A stretch of DNA of 64,000 bases, taken from IMG/VR virus record IMGVR_UViG_3300045988_132703; one strand, written 5' to 3'. The stretch comes from a virus. Shown here piece by piece: positions 12,433-23,560 of this stretch (positions are counted from its first letter, which is position 1; the number at the start of each line of letters is the position of its first letter). The position numbers and the translations under genes are program-made. The notes under the pieces were generated by a model. That model had not been told where the DNA came from. It did no database searches and saw only the letters and a program-made list of their open reading frames with translations.

Positions 12433-13235
12433 TGGCTTTACAATTAATGGGTGCAGCGCCTTCAGTAAAAGAAATCGGAAGCTATTTGGACTTCCACGTA
12501 GATGCGAATAAAGGTGCAAAAGATTATGATGTAAGACTTCAAGCCAAAGATAGTGAACTTGATATTCTTGGTTCAAAAGGTGATTCAAGCACTGTTCTCA
12601 AAGTGGGCAATAATTTCATGGCTTGGACAGATTCCGAAGGTGGCAATATCCGTATTTATTCTCCATCTCAAGCCTATTTTTATGAGATGGATGCATATAA
12701 TCATAGTTTAAGAGTTGGTGGTAAACAAGTAAGCAATGGTACTTTTAAAAGTATTACGCTCCTTGACACTAATGGTTATTCGACCTTTAATCGTGCCTAT
12801 AATGCCGTCTATAACGATTATGCTGAATTTTTCCCACGTGGAGAGGATACAGAGCCTGGCGACATCATCGCTCTTGATGATTCTGTTGACCAAGAACAAT
12901 ACATCAAGGCTACTATTAATTCTTGTCGAGTTGTTGGAATTCATTCTAATGAATACGCTTTTTTGATTGGCGGTGAAAATCCACCAGAAGGGCAAGACTT
13001 TTATTCCTACAACATTTCTAAGTACATTCCGATTGGTTTAGCAGGACGTTGTAGAGTTAAAGTTCTTGGCCCTATTTATAAAGGTTAGGATATAATTCCT
13101 ACTTCTATCCCTGGTATTGGGCGTGCGTTCAATAGAGAAAAAGACAATCCGTCACTTCTTTATTTATCGGTTGGTTTTGCTGTTGAAAACTCAACAGACG
13201 AATCAATTAAACTAGTCCGCGCGAAATTAAAGTGA
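12432..13235 (+). CDS. fibre-associated protein, peptidase-G2/intramolecular-chaperone-like C-terminus (tentative)
   Basis: TAATG overlap; TAG 13086 read through to TGA 13233; GDIIALDD...VVGIHS..YAFLIGG...IPIGLAGRCRVKVLGPI..G pattern. Confidence 0.55.
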
Positions 13236-13246
13236 GGTAAAAATCA

Positions 13247-14185
13247 ATGGCTATTCAAATGAAACGCCAAGGCGGAGGGGCGTCAAATAATGCAGCTGCG
13301 ACTATTCCTACTGCTCTTGCCTATGGTGAGATTGGTATTGATAGTGCAGGGAATATTTATTGCGGCAATGGTAAAGCTCAAGTCACCTCACAAGTTAAAA
13401 ATGCTGCTAACGTTCTTTTCTTGTACAAAGGGACTTATAAGAAAGACGGATGGGTTGAGAATAGTGCAAATAGTACTTGGTCTTAGACGGTCGCAATTAC
13501 CGCTCAAGATGGTGGTCCTGCAATTAAAGCAGATTTTACATTATCTGCGCCTATGGCCGCGCAAACGGATAATCGCACGACAAATGAATAGCGCCAAAAT
13601 GCTCTTGGTATAATTTCAGTAGGAAAATGTACTCCGAATGATAGTGGTCAAATTACTTGCTTAGTATTTGAAAAACCATCAATAGACCTTGATGTTTATT
13701 GGTATGCGCGATTGTCTGGCGGTTATGATTCAATGGTAGATGCGCAAGGCGTTGGTACTATCGTTGATTCGGCTGTAAACAAAGCAATAGATGATTTAAA
13801 ATCAAACATTACTTCTATTGTCAATGATGCAATTAACGATAACAATATTTATACTAAAATTAATAGTGTCTGTGCAGTTTATCGCGCGAAGTATTTAGCT
13901 TCAGGTTGGACAGCGGTATCTTCTAATGGTTATAGTTATTACCAAGAAGTAACTACTTCTAAAGTGTCTGACGGCAATGCCAATTTAAATGCGTCAAGTA
14001 TATTCTTGACTCCTGGTTTCTTTTTGCCAAGTGGCGCAGCATCAACTGATGCAGCTTACGCGCGAGCAATGGGCATTATTAATGACGGTTATTCAACAAG
14101 CGGTACAAATAAAATTATGACCTATACTACAACTAAACCAACTAGTGACATATGGGTCTATTGGGTGGTTAGAGAAGCAGTATGA
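13247..14185 (+). CDS. hypothetical virion protein
   Basis: Track ORFs 13247-13486 and 13712-14185 share a frame; TAG 13484 and 13589. Confidence 0.6.
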
Positions 14186-14754
14186 TTTATGACGAATTAA
14201 CTGGCGAAGTAATTGAGAATCCAGACCTTACAAAAGGCAAAGTTTATACTGAAGAAAAAGTTATTGGGCATAAAGAAGCTCAACGAGTTCTTCTTGAAGG
14301 TAGTATAACTAATTTTGACCCAGAGGGCTGTTGGATGGAGATACCTGCCGAGGATATAACTGAAACTATTGAGAAATATCACAAGTATACTATCGACGAA
14401 TTGATTGAATAGTAGTAGACTGCGATTAAACCAAATGATACTTCAATTTCTCAAGAAAAAAAACTTGAGCTATTGCTTAATGCTATACCTACTGCCACAT
14501 ATCCAACTGAATCACCCAAGGCAGGCTATAAATGGTCTCCAACGTATAATAGCGAAGCGGGATTTGGTTGGGAAATGGTAATTGATCCTGACGCTTTTGG
14601 CACCCAAGAAAGACCTTTATATTGGAAAGAGGGTATGGAAGTTAAAGCTGGATATTATTATAAAGATGAAAGTGGGCGACTGATGTTTGCTGTTGAGAAT
14701 GGAGTACCTGATTATTTTGGTTAGTACACTTTTATGGAAGAAATATTTAGTTAA
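14182..14754 (+). CDS. hypothetical virion protein
   Basis: Track ORFs 14182-14412 and 14473-14724 share a frame; three consecutive TAG 14410-14418 and TAG 14722; TAA 14752. Confidence 0.55.
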
Positions 14755-14767
14755 GAGATATAAGTTT

Positions 14768-15216
14768 ATGGGTACTTTATCTAGGTGGGGCTATAATGCC
14801 CTTACCTCGTTGGAGATATTTATATAAAGATTCGAAGTGAAAATTCTTCGAATCTTTGGTAGGGGACAACTTGGGAGAAACTTGGGAGCGGACGGGCGTT
14901 AATGAGTGCAGATAGTAGCCATGGAGTTGGAACTACGGTTGATAGTGGATTGCCGGATATTCAAGGTACTCATAAGATTGGCTGGGGAGATAAAAGTGGC
15001 GGCGGTGTCATTATATCTTCTAATTCAACTACTGGTGCTTTTTATTCCGCGCGTGATGGCAGTGCTATTTTTAGTGCGGGAACTTATGAATCGACTAGTG
15101 ACAACCATAGAAATTAGGTTGGTTTTAAAGCTAGTAATTATAATTCTATCTATAACAAAAGCTCTATAGTTCAACCTCCTGCTTTCTTCTGTTATTTTTG
15201 GAAACGATTAAGTTAA
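14768..15216 (+). CDS. tail-collar-domain paralog 1 (frame-disrupted)
   Basis: ATG 14768 frame stops at 14825; the paralog-like sequence PYLVGDIYI..WQGTTWEKLGSGR continues in the -1 frame from 14797 (CCC run 14799-14801); TAG 14860 and 15115; TAA 15214. Confidence 0.45.
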
Positions 15217-15229
15217 GGAGTATAATATT

Positions 15230-15721
15230 ATGGCATCTTTAGCACGGGGAGGGCTAGATTTAGATAAAATCTGGCCTATTGGTTCAGTCTATATAAGTGT
15301 CAATTCGACTAACCCTAGTAGTTTATTCGGCGGGAAATGGGAGCAGCTAAGTGGAAGATTTTTAATAGGAGTTGGAACTGGAACAGCTAACACTACCAAC
15401 TTTTGGGGTGATGATAGCTGGGATCATCTAATTGGAACAGTAGAAGAAAAAGGCGGATAGGCCTGGCATACATTAACTGAAGCAGAGTTACCAGTTATTG
15501 ATGGTTCTTTTCGTACTCCAGTTGTAGCAAACCACAATACTTATGGCGTTAGAGGTCATGCTTATGGTTCGAATTGGTCTGATAATAGAACTACTAATGA
15601 ATATTCAAGTGGTAGTGGAGCTGTTATGAATTGGGGCTATGGCTATAAGTTTGGCGGAGGTCAAGCCCATAATAATATGCCTCCCTATCTTGCCGTTTAT
15701 ATGTGGAAAAGAGTGTCATAA
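15230..15721 (+). CDS. tail-collar domain protein
   Basis: PIGSVYISV..LFGGKWEQLSGRFLIG...HTLTEAELP...GGGQAHNNMPPYLAVYMWKR; TAG 15458. Confidence 0.75.
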
Positions 15722-15742
15722 TATGTTCTAAGGAGCATTATT

Positions 15743-16187
15743 ATGTCAAATGTAGGAAAGATGAGTCAAGTGCTTAATGCTTATCCAGTTGGCTCGATTT
15801 ATATGAGTGTGAATAGTACGAATCCTGGTGAGTTATTTGGTGGTACTTGGGAACAGATTCAAGGAAGATTTTTACTTGGATAGGGTTCGGGTTATTCTGC
15901 GGGCGCGACTAGCAGAGAAGTGAATCATGTTTTGAGCATAAATGAAATGTCAGAGTGTAATCACTGGGTTCATATCCTTGCTAAAGGTTATAGCAGATGG
16001 GGCAGTGATGGCTATTCAAATGGCGAATATTCAACAAACTAGCTGGAGTAACCCGCCAGCTTATGTCGGTTCTTATACAAATACCACTCATATTTTAATG
16101 GGACAAACTGGGAAAGATGGTGGTAGTCAATCTCATAATAATATGCCGCCTTATCTTGTAGTATATATCTGGAAACGAATAGCTTAA
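15743..16187 (+). CDS. tail-collar-domain paralog 3 (frame-disrupted)
   Basis: N-terminal part (YPVGSIYMSV..FGGTWEQIQGRFLLG) in frame 2 ends at TAA 16049; C-terminal motif GGSQSHNNMPPYLVVYIWKR is in the +1 frame (track ORF 15942-16187). Confidence 0.45.
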
Positions 16188-16195
16188 TCATTAAT

Positions 16196-16224
16196 TTGAC
16201 TTTTCTTTCTACTGATGATATAAT
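16196..16224 (+). promoter_or_regulatory. sigma70-type promoter, early-cassette-like, inside the late module
   Basis: TTGACT-17 nt-TATAAT with TGa extension. Confidence 0.55.
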
Positions 16225-16256
16225 AAAATAGTAATCAAGTATTAAGGATGATTTTT

Positions 16257-16611
16257 ATGGGGTAAATTCCTAATTTTAGTGCCCCCCCCCCCAGATAGTA
16301 GTTTAACGGTATCTGGTAAGGCAGCTGATGCCAAAGTGGTGGGCGATAAAATTAACATAATTAATTAGATACTTTCTTCTTTGCAAACAACAAAAATTAC
16401 GTCTGGAGATTGGACTTGTATTACTCTTGATTGTGGAATAAAAATGTGTTTTTTCAAAGGACAATATGGAAATACTGATATAACAAGATCTGAGGGTTCT
16501 CTTTATTGGGCGTCTTTTTCAAAGGCTCTTCCAGCTGGATTTTTTCTGAATACTCTTGTGTTTAGTGTCAGTGTGAAGTAGAATCTGGTTGGGCTTTATA
16601 GTTAGTTTTAA
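16257..16611 (+). CDS. small fibre-like protein containing a poly-C tract (start frame uncertain)
   Basis: Frame 1 open 16252-16611 (TAG 16366, 16579, 16603); LTVSGKAADAKVVGDKI motif; ATG 16257 is one nt out of frame (GGGG run); C11 at 16282-16292 encodes PPPP. Confidence 0.4.
16282..16292 (+). repeat. homopolymeric C11 tract
   Basis: Eleven consecutive C read directly in the sequence. Confidence 0.9.
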
Positions 16612-16755
16612 ATCCTAATAGTTCAACTAGCACATTAAATGGTTGGTTTTATACAAGCTAACCTAAAACAGTTAATCCTTATATTCATATTTTTTGTATA
16701 GGAATTTAATTTTATTAAAATTCTTAAATTTATTTCATATAAAATTCTTAATGTT

Positions 16756-16788
16756 AGTGCTCTCCATATTGGAGAGCACTTTTATTTT
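16756..16788 (+). terminator. rho-independent terminator
   Basis: AGTGCTCTCCA-tat-TGGAGAGCACT then TTTATTTT. Confidence 0.65.
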
Positions 16789-16818
16789 AGAACAGAATTT
16801 TTATAGGAGGAAATCGCA

Positions 16819-19176
16819 ATGGACATACTCCTTTTCGGGACTCTTCGAAAATATATTGACGACACTCTTCAAGGTGCTGGTGCGCTTAAAGGTGAAAAAG
16901 GCGACCGCGGAGAAAAAGGTGTTCAAGGTCCAAAAGGTGATAAAGGTGATAAGGGAGACACCGGCCCGCAAGGACTTCGTGGTATTCAGGGCTTAACTGG
17001 CGCTACTGGTGCGAAAGGCGAGCGTGGTGCGCAAGGTGTCCAAGGATTGACTGGACCTCAAGGTATTCCTGGCGTACAAGGTATCCAAGGTCCAAAGGGC
17101 GAGAAAGGTGACAAAGGCGAAACCGGTCCCATTGGCAAACGCGGTGTTCCTGGAGTCAATTATAATATTAAATATTTTTTGTCTACTCTTAACGAATTAA
17201 ATGCCATCACTCCTGCTACTGGTTATGACGAAGCTATTTTTGCTTACGTAGCAGAAAACAAATCAATCTACTATTCTTATGAAAGCTCTCCTTGGACTTT
17301 TTTCTCTGATGCGTCTAATCTTTAGTTTGCGCGCGGAGAGCAAGGTGAGCAGGGTCCAAAAGGTGAGAAAGGCGACAAGGGTGACCGAGGCATTCAAGGT
17401 ATCCAAGGACCTCAAGGTATCCAAGGTCCTCAAGGTCTTCAGGGCATTCAAGGTCCAAAGGGTGATAAAGGTGACAAAGGCGACAAAGGCGACTCGCTTA
17501 CTTGGAATGAAGTTCCAGAAGCTGCGCGTAAAGAACTTAAAGGTGAAAAAGGCGATAAAGGCGATACTGGCGATTCTGGTGTTTATTATGGTCCAACTGA
17601 GCCAGAAATTAATCAAGAAAAACTTGTTTGGATTGATTCATCAGTAGAAGAACCGGCTACTACAATTGACATTGCTAACATTCCTGGACTTCAAAAGGAA
17701 CTTGATTCTAAAGTTCAACTCCCCTCTAAAATTGAAAATGGTACTCAGCTATTTCCCGTTGCAACTTCAAAAGGTACGTCATGGGTCGCTCTTGAAGAAA
17801 CTGTCAACGGAATTGTTAGTGAATGTGTAAATATCATTGTGCGTGGCACAGATAATGCAACTCTTAAAGGCACTGAAATTTATCTTCATGACGTAACAGC
17901 TAACACTATATCTACTTTTGAATGGAATGGGACCAGTTTGACTGTTTATGTTTTAAATGGACATAAATATTTTATCAGTGGCGCCGAAGTTGAAGGATAT
18001 GAGCCTGTTGCGGATAGTTTACAATATATTGCGCGAGCTGCATAGACTCGTACAATCATTTTATCTTATCCTTGCTCAGAAGAAGCAGAGTATGGTATTC
18101 GATTCTTAATTGAATCATCAGATCCGTCATGCGAGCGCGTTGTAATTAAGAATAATATTACAACTTATGGTGAAGATACTGGTTTAGTGGCTGCTATTGG
18201 TAGTAAACTCGTTATGCCCAAGAATAGTTTTGATGATATTTATCCTTGGTCAGATATTCGCATTGTAACCGACTCTGATAATGCTGCCGAGGCCGCGCAA
18301 ATAATGGTTAAAATTCCAAAGTATTATGTCAAGGTTACTGTTGATGATACCTATGAAACTTGGATGATTAGTCGCTACAAAAAAGCAGGTTATCGTGTCG
18401 CAAAAATGTTTGCTCGTCCTGACGGAACCGAAGCAGACTATTATGAATATGCTCGTTACGAGACTAGTGATACCAATCGTTCTCAAACTGGCGTTACTCC
18501 TCAAAATTCAACCACTATTGAAGCATTTAGAACTGCCGCTCTTGAGTTAGGTGATAATTGGCATCTAGCTGGACTTGCAGACCGTACTGATGGACTTCAG
18601 ATGCTAATGACTATTGAATTTGCTACTCGCAATATCCAGTCAATAGCAGAAGGTTTGGTTAATTCTAGGACTGTTTCTGATTGCGGTTTGACTGATGGTT
18701 TAACCATTACCGAAGATTCAAAGGGAATTAAGCCTTATTCTGGTATTGTTAAAAATGCTTTTTCTTATCGTGGAATTGAAAATCCTTACGGTAATTTACT
18801 TGAATACGCTGATGGTATTATTTTGAACAATTCTCGTGTGTACTATTGCGACGATTGGACTCGTTGGAGTAATTCAATTAATTCAAGTTACGTTCAAGCT
18901 GTTGGCACGATCCCAACTTTAAGCGGATTTATTACTAAATTGAATTATAATGAAGCTAATCCTTGGATGCGTTTGCCTAGCGAAGTAATTACTGCTGGCG
19001 ATAGCGATAGTAATTATAGCGACTATTATAATGCTCCAACCGCAGATTATACCTTGCCAGTTTATGGTGGCGGTTATTCTACCAATTTGCGCGCGGGCTT
19101 ATTCCACTGGAATTGTACTCGTACTTTTAGTGAAACAAATAGAGATATTGGTTCTCGTTTGGCTCGTAGTTTTTAA
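16819..19176 (+). CDS. collagen-like tail fibre protein
   Basis: Track ORFs 16819-17325, 17839-18045 and 18187-19176 share a frame; TAG 17323 and 18043; two Gly-X-Y tracts ([19 protein letters not shown]...). Confidence 0.75.
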
Positions 19177-19188
19177 GAGGTGATTGAA

Positions 19189-19512
19189 ATGAGAATATCA
19201 AAAGCAGCAAGCGAAATTCGTCCTCAAAATACTATTGAGCAATTATCAGCTAATCGTTTTTCTTGTCGCATTTGCGCGGACGTTGTTGAAACTGTTGATG
19301 GTTTTAATTTCACTAGTTATCGAGATTCATTCAGCGCATCTTCTTATCCAGAATTACTTGCGAATATCATTCATACTCGTTATACTTATGATGACGAAAA
19401 TAATTTTATTAACGATTATATTGCGGAAGGCATGACTAAAAAATATAAAGACTACCGTGATTTTGTTGCTTGGGCTAAATCCCAAGCAAAATCTTATTTT
19501 AAGGAGGACTAA
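19189..19512 (+). CDS. hypothetical protein
   Basis: Track ORF; ATG 19189 lies 7 nt after AAGAGG. Confidence 0.55.
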   Translation: MRISKAASEIRPQNTIEQLSANRFSCRICADVVETVDGFNFTSYRDSFSASSYPELLANIIHTRYTYDDENNFINDYIAEGMTKKYKDYRDFVAWAKSQAKSYFKED

Positions 19513-19515
19513 CCT

Positions 19516-20175
19516 ATGCCTATAATGCAGTTATATGATAAAAATACAAGCACTTGGCAAGAAGTTCCTGCTTTAAAAGGTAGTGCCGCGAAAGTAGAAA
19601 TTGGCGCAGTAAAAACCGTACCAGCTACAGAACAAGCAAAAGTAACCAATGTTGGCACAAATACTAATGCAATTTTTGATTTCCAACTTCCTCGCGGCAT
19701 GGATGGTATTACTCCCATTCGTGGTACTGATTACTGGACAACCGCGGACCAATAGCAAATCATTAAGGACGTATCTGATAAAATGAATTATCAATTTACA
19801 GATTTGATGAATGCTATTCAAAATAAACCAATCACTTACATTTTTGATGATAAGACTTCTCTTGATGGGGCACTTAATTTAGCTGATAATACTGTCACTT
19901 ATAACGGAAAAGAGTGTAAGTTAAATCCAGGTGATATGTTCCTTTTGGTTTCGATTAATGAACCAGACTATTGGTTTGGAGAGGATTCTAATGGCGAGAA
20001 ACTCCATGAGCTTGACGCGCGTAAAATAGAATTAACTGAATATGTTAAATCAAGTCAATTTCAAGTGATGGATATTGATGCTTATAATGCTATTGCTACA
20101 AAAGATCCAAATACTTTTTATTTCATCATTGAAAAATCAGATTCGACTTCAAATGACGGGGAGGCAACAATCTAA
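19516..20175 (+). CDS. hypothetical virion protein
   Basis: Track ORFs 19516-19755 and 19783-20175 share a frame, joined by TAG 19753; shares ITPIRGTDYWT motif with 21262-21540. Confidence 0.6.
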
Positions 20176-21008
20176 TGCCTATCTTCATTGACAATAAACG
20201 AGTTTAGCTTATCTACAAAGGTGAAACTCCTATTGAGGAAATTCATACTCAAAATGCGACTATTTGGACTCCAAAAGCAGATTTTTCTACTGCTTCGTGG
20301 GCTGAAATTAAAAAGTGGATTGAAAAGGGTACTTGGAAAGAATAGAATTGGAGCGAAGGAGATACTCATACTATTCATATGAAGGATGGCCATATTCTCA
20401 CCGCTCGAATTCTTGCAATATATGATGGCCGCGAGGAAAAAGCAACTTACAAAGGTCAGATTGATAGAGATGAGAATAATGCAAAACCGCACATGGTTCT
20501 TGAACTAGTCACTTGCTTGCCGGATTCTTATCCTATTAATTCAGAGCCAGAAGTAGAAAACACTCATCAATCTTGGGGTACTTCAAACCTTTACAAGTTA
20601 ATGTCTCCTGGCGGCGAAATATATGATAATCTGCCAAATGAACTCCAATCAATGATGATTCCTGTAATGAAAAAATCTGGCATTAGTGGCAAGATCCAAA
20701 ATTCAAGTCCTGAAATCACCAAATCCTATCTTTTCCCGCTCTCAATTCGAGAGTATGTCGCAAAAGACAATATTACAAGCGAAATTAATAATAGCGAGGG
20801 TTCTCAATATCAATACTATATTGATCATCCTAGTCACGTTGTTAAAAAAGAATATGCTGGCGATAAAAATATCGTCTATTACACTCGTTCCGCGATGCAA
20901 GCTGAAAATGAACTTTATGAATACTTTTGGGCTATTGGCGGTGCGAATAATTATGCAACTTATCCATCCTATATTAGTTTGGGAACAAGTTTTGCATTTT
21001 GTATTTAA
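20175..21008 (+). CDS. hypothetical virion protein
   Basis: TAATG overlap; TAG 20205 and 20343 read through into track ORF 20379-21008. Confidence 0.6.
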
Positions 21009-21018
21009 GGAGGTTCTT

Positions 21019-21195
21019 ATGGCTTTTAGCACTTTTAAACAAAAAGCAGATAGTTATTATGAGTTTCTTTGTGATGAAGAAACTGACTTATAGAACTTGC
21101 CAACCGATTGTGCTCCGGGGTCTGTTGCCTTCGTAGTGAATGGTGCGCTTGTTTATATACTTAATAATAAAGAATAGTGGGTCTCATTATTGTGA
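21019..21195 (+). CDS. hypothetical small protein
   Basis: AAGGAGG then ATG 21019; TAG 21091 and 21175; TGA 21193; followed by a hairpin terminator. Confidence 0.4.
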
Positions 21196-21202
21196 TGATT
21201 AG

Positions 21203-21250
21203 GCCGCAATCAAAAAAATAGGTTCTTTCTCTTGATTGCGGCTTTATGTT
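21203..21250 (+). terminator. hairpin terminator (long loop)
   Basis: GCCGCAATCAA...TTGATTGCGGC then TTTATGTTT. Confidence 0.45.
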
Positions 21251-21261
21251 TGGTGATATGA

Positions 21262-21540
21262 ATGAAGTTATCTGGAAATATTACTAGTGAAAGTTCTATA
21301 AGCGGTTCTATTATGTCTGGAGATATTTCTGGGGCGCTTTCTAATCCTTTAGCTATTGGACCATCAGCTTACGAAGTTGCAGTTGCTAATGGATTCGATG
21401 GAACTGAACAAGAATGGCTTAAAAGTCTAAAAGGATATACTCCAATAAGAGGGGTAGATTATTGGACAAAAGCCGACATAGAAAAAATAAAAATGGAACT
21501 TGAAGATTATATTAACGCTTTATTAAAAGACAAGGAGTGA
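21262..21540 (+). CDS. tail-fibre-associated protein
   Basis: Track ORF; SAYEVAVANGFDGTEQEWLKSLKG motif, paralogous to 4033-4545. Confidence 0.6.
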   Translation: MKLSGNITSESSISGSIMSGDISGALSNPLAIGPSAYEVAVANGFDGTEQEWLKSLKGYTPIRGVDYWTKADIEKIKMELEDYINALLKDKE

Positions 21541-21544
21541 AGAT

Positions 21545-23560
21545 ATGGATTTAATAAATTTAGCCCTTGTGTAGAAAGCTGTTCGAGATGCTCACGTTGA
21601 TCACATCGGTCCTCAGGGTCCAAAAGGTGATAAAGGAGATAAGGGAGATTCGCTTACATGGGATGACTTAACCGAAGAACAAAAAGCATCACTAAAGGGC
21701 GAGAAAGGCGATAAAGGAGATAAAGGTGATCAAGGTCCTCAAGGAATCCAAGGAATCCAAGGAATCCAAGGAATCCAAGGAGAGAAAGGCGATACTGGCC
21801 CCCAAGGAGAGAAAGGTATTAATGGCACTAATGGTCTTTCTGCTTTTGAAGTATGGCTTGAAACCAATCCCGGAAAAACCGAAGCTGATTTCTTTTTAGC
21901 AATAAAAGGAGATAAAGGCGATAAAGGCGATAAGGGAGATACTGGTGAACAAGGAATCCAAGGAGAAATTGGACCTCAAGGTATCCAAGGAATCCAAGGA
22001 GAGAAAGGTGAGAAAGGTGAAACTGGCGAACAAGGACCTAAAGGCGAATAGGGACCACAAGGCATTCAAGGCATATAGGGTATCCAAGGCGAGAAAGGTG
22101 AAACTGGTGATACTGGACCACAAGGAGAAATTGGACCTCAAGGACCTCAAGGAGTCCAAGGAGAACGTGGAGAGCCTTTCTCAATAAAGAAAATCTACTA
22201 TTCTATTGGTGAGATGAATTCGGATTTTAGTAATACTGATGTTAATATTGGAGAATTTGTACTTATCAATACAGGAAATGTAGAAGACGAGGATAACGCT
22301 AAGTTATTTGTTAAAACCGAGACAGAATATTCTTTTATAACTGATTTATCTGGCACTGCTGGTATTCAAGGTCCTCAAGGAATCCAAGGTATTCAAGGTC
22401 CTCAAGGAATCCAAGGTATCCAAGGAATCCAAAGAGAGAAAGGAGATACCGGTCCGCGGGGAGAAACTGGGCCCGCCGGTTCTGACGGTAAAACCCCGGA
22501 ATACGGCGTTGACTACGGCACGCCGGAGCAGATTGCCGGGATTGCCCAGCAGGCGTCGGAGATTTTGAAACCGGATGTTAATCAGATAAAGGATGATATT
22601 GCTGGGCTGAAAGACTCCAAACAGGACAAGCTTATTGCCGGTACTGGAATCACGATTGCAGAGGATGGGAAGACCATTTCAGCGTCTGGAGGCGAAATCC
22701 TGATTGCGCACAAAGTGTGGGCAGACTGCTACATTGAATTAACCCCAGTGGAAATCGACTACGAAAACTATACAATTACTGTAGCCGATGCATCTGGTGT
22801 GCCGCTGGAAATATCCGGAAGTTGTGTTGATTATATATCTATTACAGACTGGTCCGGGAAAAATGCAACACTTGATATTGCTCCAGTCGAATTGTTTCCA
22901 GTTCAGCTTTTTGCTATCCATGTCGGTGATAACAGGTTACAGTTTTACAATTCGCAGAAAGCGCTAATCCGATTTACAGCCAATGACAACGTTGATATCA
23001 ATCGGTTCAAGATTTATGTTAAGAAGCAAAATGCAACTAGATTATCAGTAGCAAATCTTTATCAAAATCACGCATATCGCATTGTGATGGTTAAACGCGG
23101 ATTTAATCATTTTGTAAGTGGATTCAGTATCAATAATAGTAATAATCGTGATTGGGGCTATTCGTATGGCAATAAGGGTGGAGTTAAATCGTTTGGACTT
23201 GGTTCCAACAACGCAGGCAATTCGTTTTCCTCTACTCAGGTAAATCTCTACGAAACATTTTCTTTTCGTAGTATACCTTATGGTGACACTGTTACGTGTT
23301 CGTTTTTTCCATCCATCATCGATGTCGAAATAGTACCGTCTAAAAACGGAAGTGTATTCGAGCATTGGCTTCATTGGAGAATGTCGTATGTGCAGAGAGG
23401 CAGTAGCACCGTTAAAGAAATAGAATACAGATATACTACAGGAACGCTATTTATGCCATATGAAATTGGATCGATTGTGTCACAATCTGGCAATGCAGGC
23501 AATTATTTTGGGAATGGTACGGAAATGTTAGTGTTTGATAAGGGGGAATGGGTTGAATGA
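21545..23560 (+). CDS. collagen-like tail fibre, chimeric (AT-rich recoded N-part, GC-richer C-terminal domain)
   Basis: ATG 21545 in the same frame as track ORF 22214-23560; TAG 21572, 22049, 22076; long GIQ/GEK Gly-X-Y tracts; composition shifts at about 22440. Confidence 0.75.

Noticed and set aside
14797-16051. Programmed -1/+1 ribosomal frameshifting in the tail-collar paralogs, including a 10-bp hairpin at 14827-14854 downstream of the first break
   Set aside because: There is no canonical slippery heptamer. Paralog alignment places the shifts at short homopolymers (CCC, AAA, GGGG). Further breaks at T7 (48611) and A4 (51735) occur in unrelated genes. Homopolymer miscalls are the more economical explanation until reads are checked.
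17263-17647. Track ORFs 17263-17616 (-), 17279-17647 (+), 21896-22159 (-) and 21945-22187 (+) inside the collagen-like repeats
   Set aside because: These are off-frame or antisense readings of Gly-X-Y repeats. The repeat periodicity keeps all frames open. The Gly-X-Y frame, continuous with flanking domains through TAG, is the real one.
1-23560. Alternative explanation for the TAG-interrupted ORFs: a decayed pseudogenised prophage region
   Set aside because: The interruptions are exclusively TAG, never TAA or TGA. Frames are preserved across all of them. Repeat periodicity and paralogous modules run through them. Gene junctions remain tight. Random decay would not produce this pattern.
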